This document shows positions 59,865-64,000 of a stretch of DNA of 64,000 nt, one piece after another (within the stretch, counting starts at the first letter, position 1; the number at the start of each line of letters is the position of its first letter). Both the position numbers and the translations under genes were made by a program. This stretch comes from Hydrurus foetidus (lineage: Eukaryota), in contig UYFQ01000006.1 of the NCBI GenBank assembly GCA_900617105.1, forward strand, positions 620,001 to 684,000, given 5' to 3'. The notes beneath the pieces were generated by a model. The model was not told the origin of the DNA and searched no databases. It saw only the letters and a program-made list of their open reading frames with translations.

Positions 59865-61190
59865 ATGAGTAAAAAAATGACTTTGAAAATCTACACTGCA
59901 GCCCTGTGCGGGCTAGCATTAGCCATGCCAGCGCTGGCACAGCAAACTGCCACAACCACCATCACTCCACGCCTGAGTTTGGTGCAAGCACTGGAAGCTG
60001 CACGCGATAACTTGGATGTATCGCTGGCACGCAGGGCTCTGGGTGCCGCGCAAGCCGACATCTTGTCCGCAGACCGCGCCCCTTTCCCTGTGCTGACCAC
60101 CAAAGCCAGTCAAATTGACCTGCAAAAAGGCATTGGCCCTGGCAACGTCCTCTCGCAAAAGCGCATTGACAAATCCCTGGGGGTGGACTGGACTTACGAG
60201 CGCGGCAACAAGCGAGAGCTGCGCACCCGTGCAGCCCAACGCAACGCCGCCGCCGCACAAGCGGATGTGGACGACATGCGTGGCCAGCAGGTGCTGGCCA
60301 CATCAGGCGCTTTTTTTGACCTGCTAGCCGCGCAAGACCGGCTGGAGCAGGTGCTAGGCATAGAACGCAGTGCAGCCCAATTGGCGACCACAGCAGCACG
60401 CCGCGTCAGCGCGGGTGATTTGTCGGCCCAAGAAGCCGCCCGCACCGAGATTGAAGCCCAGCGTGCCAAATCCGACGTGCTGCTGGCCCAGTTGGACGGC
60501 CAACGCGCAGGTTTGGCGCTCGCCCAGTTGATCCGCCGCCCCGATCAACTCATCAGCACAGGCTTGCAAGTCTTGCCCGACTGGCCCGCACAAACCAGCA
60601 TAACGCCCCTGACCGACAGCACACTCGCCGTGCTGATGGAACAACGGGCTGACGTTCGCGCCGCTGTGGAGCGCGTGCAAGCCGCCCTGGCTGCGGTAGA
60701 CACCACCAGCGCCCAGAAAAAAGCCGACATCACCGTGGGCAGCTCGTTCGACCATTACCCCGGCACCTCCACCCGCCTGCTGGAGCTGCGCTTGCAAATG
60801 CCGCTGCAATGGAACTACGACTACCAAGGCGAAATGGGCCGTGCCCAAGCCCAACTGGCGCTGGCACAAGACCAGCTCGATAAAACCCGGTTGATCGCAG
60901 GCACCGAGATGCAAGGCTTGCAGCAAGCATTGATTGGCGCGGCACAGCGTACCCAGGCTTATGAAGTCGAAGTGCTGCCCCGCGCCCGCCGTGTTGCTGA
61001 AGGGGCCGAACTGGCCTACAGCAAAGGGGCCATCCCCCTCACCGATTTGATCGACGCCCGCCGCACCCTGCGTGCCACGCTGCTGGACGCGCTGTCAGCC
61101 CGCGCTGACCATGCCAAAGCGCTCAGCGCTTGGCAGTTGCGCACCGATCCCCAGTCGCTGCCAGGCCGTTTGGCCAGCACCGCACCTTGA
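59865..61190 (+). CDS. TolC/CzcC family outer membrane efflux protein
   Basis: Signal peptide, ERGNKRELR, RRVSAGDLS and AYSKGAIPLTDLIDARR. Confidence 0.92.
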   Translation: MSKKMTLKIYTAALCGLALAMPALAQQTATTTITPRLSLVQALEAARDNLDVSLARRALGAAQADILSADRAPFPVLTTKASQIDLQKGIGPGNVLSQKRIDKSLGVDWTYERGNKRELRTRAAQRNAAAAQADVDDMRGQQVLATSGAFFDLLAAQDRLEQVLGIERSAAQLATTAARRVSAGDLSAQEAARTEIEAQRAKSDVLLAQLDGQRAGLALAQLIRRPDQLISTGLQVLPDWPAQTSITPLTDSTLAVLMEQRADVRAAVERVQAALAAVDTTSAQKKADITVGSSFDHYPGTSTRLLELRLQMPLQWNYDYQGEMGRAQAQLALAQDQLDKTRLIAGTEMQGLQQALIGAAQRTQAYEVEVLPRARRVAEGAELAYSKGAIPLTDLIDARRTLRATLLDALSARADHAKALSAWQLRTDPQSLPGRLASTAP

Positions 61191-61239
61191 TTTTTCCCCT
61201 TTGCTTTTTGCCTTTGCCTTTGTTAAGGAATCCCCTTTC

Positions 61240-62469
61240 GTGAATACCTCTCCTTTCTTGTTCAAGCACAGCATGTTGGCGCTGCTGGTGGCCGCCGCCC
61301 TGGGTGCCTGCTCCGAAGCCCCTGCACCTGAGCCTGTCGTGCCTCAGCCCATCATCCAAGGCAACCAACTGCGTTTTCCCGCAGGGCACCCGCAACTGGC
61401 CTTGATTGGCATCACCACCTCCGCCCCCGGCAAGGCGATTGCTGTCGATTTACCCGCTAAATTGGTGTGGAACGAAGAGCGTACCCAGCGCATTTACCCC
61501 GCTTTTGCAGGCCGTATCAGCACCATCAACGCGGATGTGGGCACCGCCATCAAACCCGGCAGCGTGCTGGCCCAGCTGGCCTCTCCCGACTTTGGCATGG
61601 CTCAAGCCGATACCGCCAAAGCCCAAGTGGATGTTCAATTCACGCAAAAAACCTTGGCGCGTCAAAAAGAGCTGTTTGACGCGGGCATCATCGCCCGCAA
61701 AGACCTGGAGCAAGCCCAAGCCGACAACGCCCGCGCCATTGCTGAGCGTGACCGCGCCCTGGCCCGCACCAAGCTGTATGGTGCTGATGTGGGTGTCAAC
61801 CAGCAACTGGCCCTTAAATCTACCATCACCGGTGTGGTGGTAGAACGTAATCTGAACCCCGGCCAAGAGCTACGCCCTGATCAATCCGGCCCCGGTATTC
61901 CTGCGTTGTTTGTGGTGTCTGACCCTACCTCGCTGTGGGTACAGATTGATGCACGGGACTCTGAAGCCGCTACCCTGCGTGTGGGAACCAGTTTCGAGCT
62001 GTCGATTGCGGCCCTGCCAGGGCAAATCTTTGAAGGCAAAGTAACCGCTGCGTCCGACTTCATTGACCCCACCACCCGTACCATCAAGGTGCGCGGCGTG
62101 ATCGCCAACCCGGATCGCCTGTTGAAAGCTGAAATGCTGGCCACCGCCCGTATTCAGCGCCAACTGGGCAACGGCGTGATCGTGCCCGCCTCTGCGGTAA
62201 TTTTGCGCGGTGCGCAACAGTTTGTGTTTGTACAGGTACAACCCGGAGTGTTCGAGCCACGCCAAGTCGAGCGCAGCTACGAAGGTACCAAGCAGGCCCT
62301 CATTTCACGCGGGCTTGAAGTAGGTGAACAGGTGGTAAGTGAGAACGCGCTGCTGCTGGGTCGCCAGTTCCGTGTCGCCTCTGACGAAGCCAAAACACCT
62401 GTCACAGTCCCTGCGGCAGTGACAACACCCGCCGCCCCCAGTGCAGCAGCCAAAGCATCCGCACCATGA
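61240..62469 (+). CDS. RND efflux periplasmic adaptor (CzcB-like), lipoprotein
   Basis: Lipobox LGAC. IDPTTRTIKVR..NPDRLLKAEM. AAGGAA upstream of GTG 61240. Confidence 0.93.
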   Translation: MNTSPFLFKHSMLALLVAAALGACSEAPAPEPVVPQPIIQGNQLRFPAGHPQLALIGITTSAPGKAIAVDLPAKLVWNEERTQRIYPAFAGRISTINADVGTAIKPGSVLAQLASPDFGMAQADTAKAQVDVQFTQKTLARQKELFDAGIIARKDLEQAQADNARAIAERDRALARTKLYGADVGVNQQLALKSTITGVVVERNLNPGQELRPDQSGPGIPALFVVSDPTSLWVQIDARDSEAATLRVGTSFELSIAALPGQIFEGKVTAASDFIDPTTRTIKVRGVIANPDRLLKAEMLATARIQRQLGNGVIVPASAVILRGAQQFVFVQVQPGVFEPRQVERSYEGTKQALISRGLEVGEQVVSENALLLGRQFRVASDEAKTPVTVPAAVTTPAAPSAAAKASAP

Positions 62470-64000
62470 AACGCCTGATTAACTACGCGCTCACGCAGCC
62501 GCTGCTCATCGTGATGGGCACACTGATGTTCATCATGGCGGGTGTCATCGCCTTCAAAAACCTCTCCGTCGAAGCCTTCCCCGATGTCACCGATACCCAA
62601 GTCACGGTGATTGCCCTGTTCCCCGGACGGGCTGCTGAAGAGGTGGAAAAGCAAATCACCCTGCCGATGGAAACCGCGCTGGCGGGTTTGCCCAATTCCA
62701 TCCGTCTTTTCTCACACACCCAGTTTGGCCTCTCGTACACAGTGATCACGTTTGACGACAACGCCAACGTCAATGTGGTGCGCCAGCAGGTCAACGAGCG
62801 GCTGAACAATGTGGATTTGCCCGCAGGGGCACAGGTCAACGTCGCGCCCAACGCCACCCCGGTGGGTGAAGTGATGCGCTACCGCGTGCGCGGTGACGGC
62901 CAAACAACCACCGATTTACGCACGCTGGAAGACTGGGTGATCGAGCGTGGCTTGCGCCAAGTCCCCGGTGTGGCCGACGTGGTGGCGATGGGTGGCTTCA
63001 TCAAACAGTACGAAGTGCAACCTGATTTGGACAAGCTGCGGGCCTACAAACTGAGCTTTCAAAACGTGCTGGATGCGTTAGGCCGGGGCAACTCCAATGC
63101 CGGTGGCAGCTACGTGGCGCAGGGCGCGCAGCAGTTCGCCATTCGCGGCATCGGCTTGCTGCAATCGCCTGAAGACATTGGCCGCATCGTGCTCGGTGCA
63201 CGCAATGGCACACCCATCCTTATCCGTGACGTGGCCCAGATCAAGCTGGGTGCCGTGCCCCGCCTGGGCATCGTCGGTCAAGACCAGGACGATGATGCCG
63301 TGATCGGTATCGTCATCATGCGCAAAGGCGAAAACCCCAGCGTGGTGCTCAAGGGCGTGAAAGCAAAAATCGAGGAACTCAACACCCGTGGACTGCCCAA
63401 GGGCGTGCAGATCGTGCCGTTTTATGACCGCACATGGTTGATGGCCAAAACGCTGACCACTGTGTTCCACAACCTCGTGGAAGGTGCATTGCTGGTCGCT
63501 TTGGTGCTGTACATCTTTTTGTCCAACTTCCGCGCCAGTCTGGCGGTGGTGGTGGTCATTCCGCTCGCGCTGCTGGCCACGTTCTTGGGCCTCAAAATCA
63601 TGGGCGTACCGGCCAATTTACTGAGTTTGGGGGCGATGGATTTCGGCATCATCGTGGACGGTGCGGTGATCGTGATTGAAAACATCATGCACCGGCTGGC
63701 CGAAAAAGGCGAAAACATGACCCCGCAAGAGCGCCGTGCAGTCGTCGCCAATGCGGCGAATGAAGTGGGCCGCCCCACGCTGTTTTCGATGCTCATCATC
63801 ATCGCAGCGCACATCCCCATTTTTGCGCTGCAACGCCATGAAGGCCGCATTTTCCAGCCGATGGCTTTATCTGTCAGCACCGCGCTGGTGGGTTCGCTGA
63901 TTTTCTCGCTGACCCTGGTGCCGCTGTTGGCTTACTGGATGCTGCGCCGCAAGCTGCCGCACGGTGACAACCGCGTGGTTGCCGCAGCCAAGCGCCTGTA
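62466..64000 (+). CDS. CusA/CzcA family heavy-metal RND permease (3' partial, absent from the ORF track)
   Basis: ATG 62466 overlaps the MFP stop. Translation gives MKRLINYAL..EAFPDVTD..ANLLSLGAMDFGIIVDGAVIVIENI..EGRIFQPMA and stays open to the window end. Confidence 0.95.
   Translation, partial: MKRLINYALTQPLLIVMGTLMFIMAGVIAFKNLSVEAFPDVTDTQVTVIALFPGRAAEEVEKQITLPMETALAGLPNSIRLFSHTQFGLSYTVITFDDNANVNVVRQQVNERLNNVDLPAGAQVNVAPNATPVGEVMRYRVRGDGQTTTDLRTLEDWVIERGLRQVPGVADVVAMGGFIKQYEVQPDLDKLRAYKLSFQNVLDALGRGNSNAGGSYVAQGAQQFAIRGIGLLQSPEDIGRIVLGARNGTPILIRDVAQIKLGAVPRLGIVGQDQDDDAVIGIVIMRKGENPSVVLKGVKAKIEELNTRGLPKGVQIVPFYDRTWLMAKTLTTVFHNLVEGALLVALVLYIFLSNFRASLAVVVVIPLALLATFLGLKIMGVPANLLSLGAMDFGIIVDGAVIVIENIMHRLAEKGENMTPQERRAVVANAANEVGRPTLFSMLIIIAAHIPIFALQRHEGRIFQPMALSVSTALVGSLIFSLTLVPLLAYWMLRRKLPHGDNRVVAAAKRL

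Overview
A chromosomal window from a GC-rich betaproteobacterium. Gene content and order suggest Comamonadaceae, probably Rhodoferax-like (inference only). All functional calls come from recognising motifs in the translated ORFs; no database search was run. From left to right: (1) a putative tannin/gallate catabolic operon (TTT solute-binding protein, TanB-like tannase lipoprotein, gallate dioxygenase, porin, MBL-fold hydrolase); (2) housekeeping genes and an MCP; (3) an intact IS5-family element just downstream of parB; (4) the mnmG-rsmG-lysE-parA-ydeN-parB operon with four parS palindromes, headed by a Phd/YefM-PIN toxin-antitoxin pair whose toxin stop overlaps the first in-frame mnmG ATG; (5) a glycogen cluster (glgB-glgX ... 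pgm-glgC-glgA-glgP) split by an ~11 kb accessory block (RsbQ hydrolase plus PAS-GGDEF, DinG, AbrB-VapC, LRR-kinase, AAA/DUF4143 ATPase-nuclease, single-chain type IIG-like restriction-modification enzyme); (6) a two-component system with an SHP-DHC-cytochrome b cluster and a heavy-metal RND pump sharing a TTCAGCTT direct-repeat box; (7) GST, an OYE reductase, Spy/CpxP, and a second two-component system with an RND pump that runs off the window end. The most notable observations are the tannase-gallate dioxygenase operon, the defence-like block inside the glycogen cluster, and a 54-bp dispersed repeat that is intergenic twice and twice encodes the N-terminal hydrophobic segment of an efflux protein. 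No rRNA, tRNA or CRISPR array was recognised.
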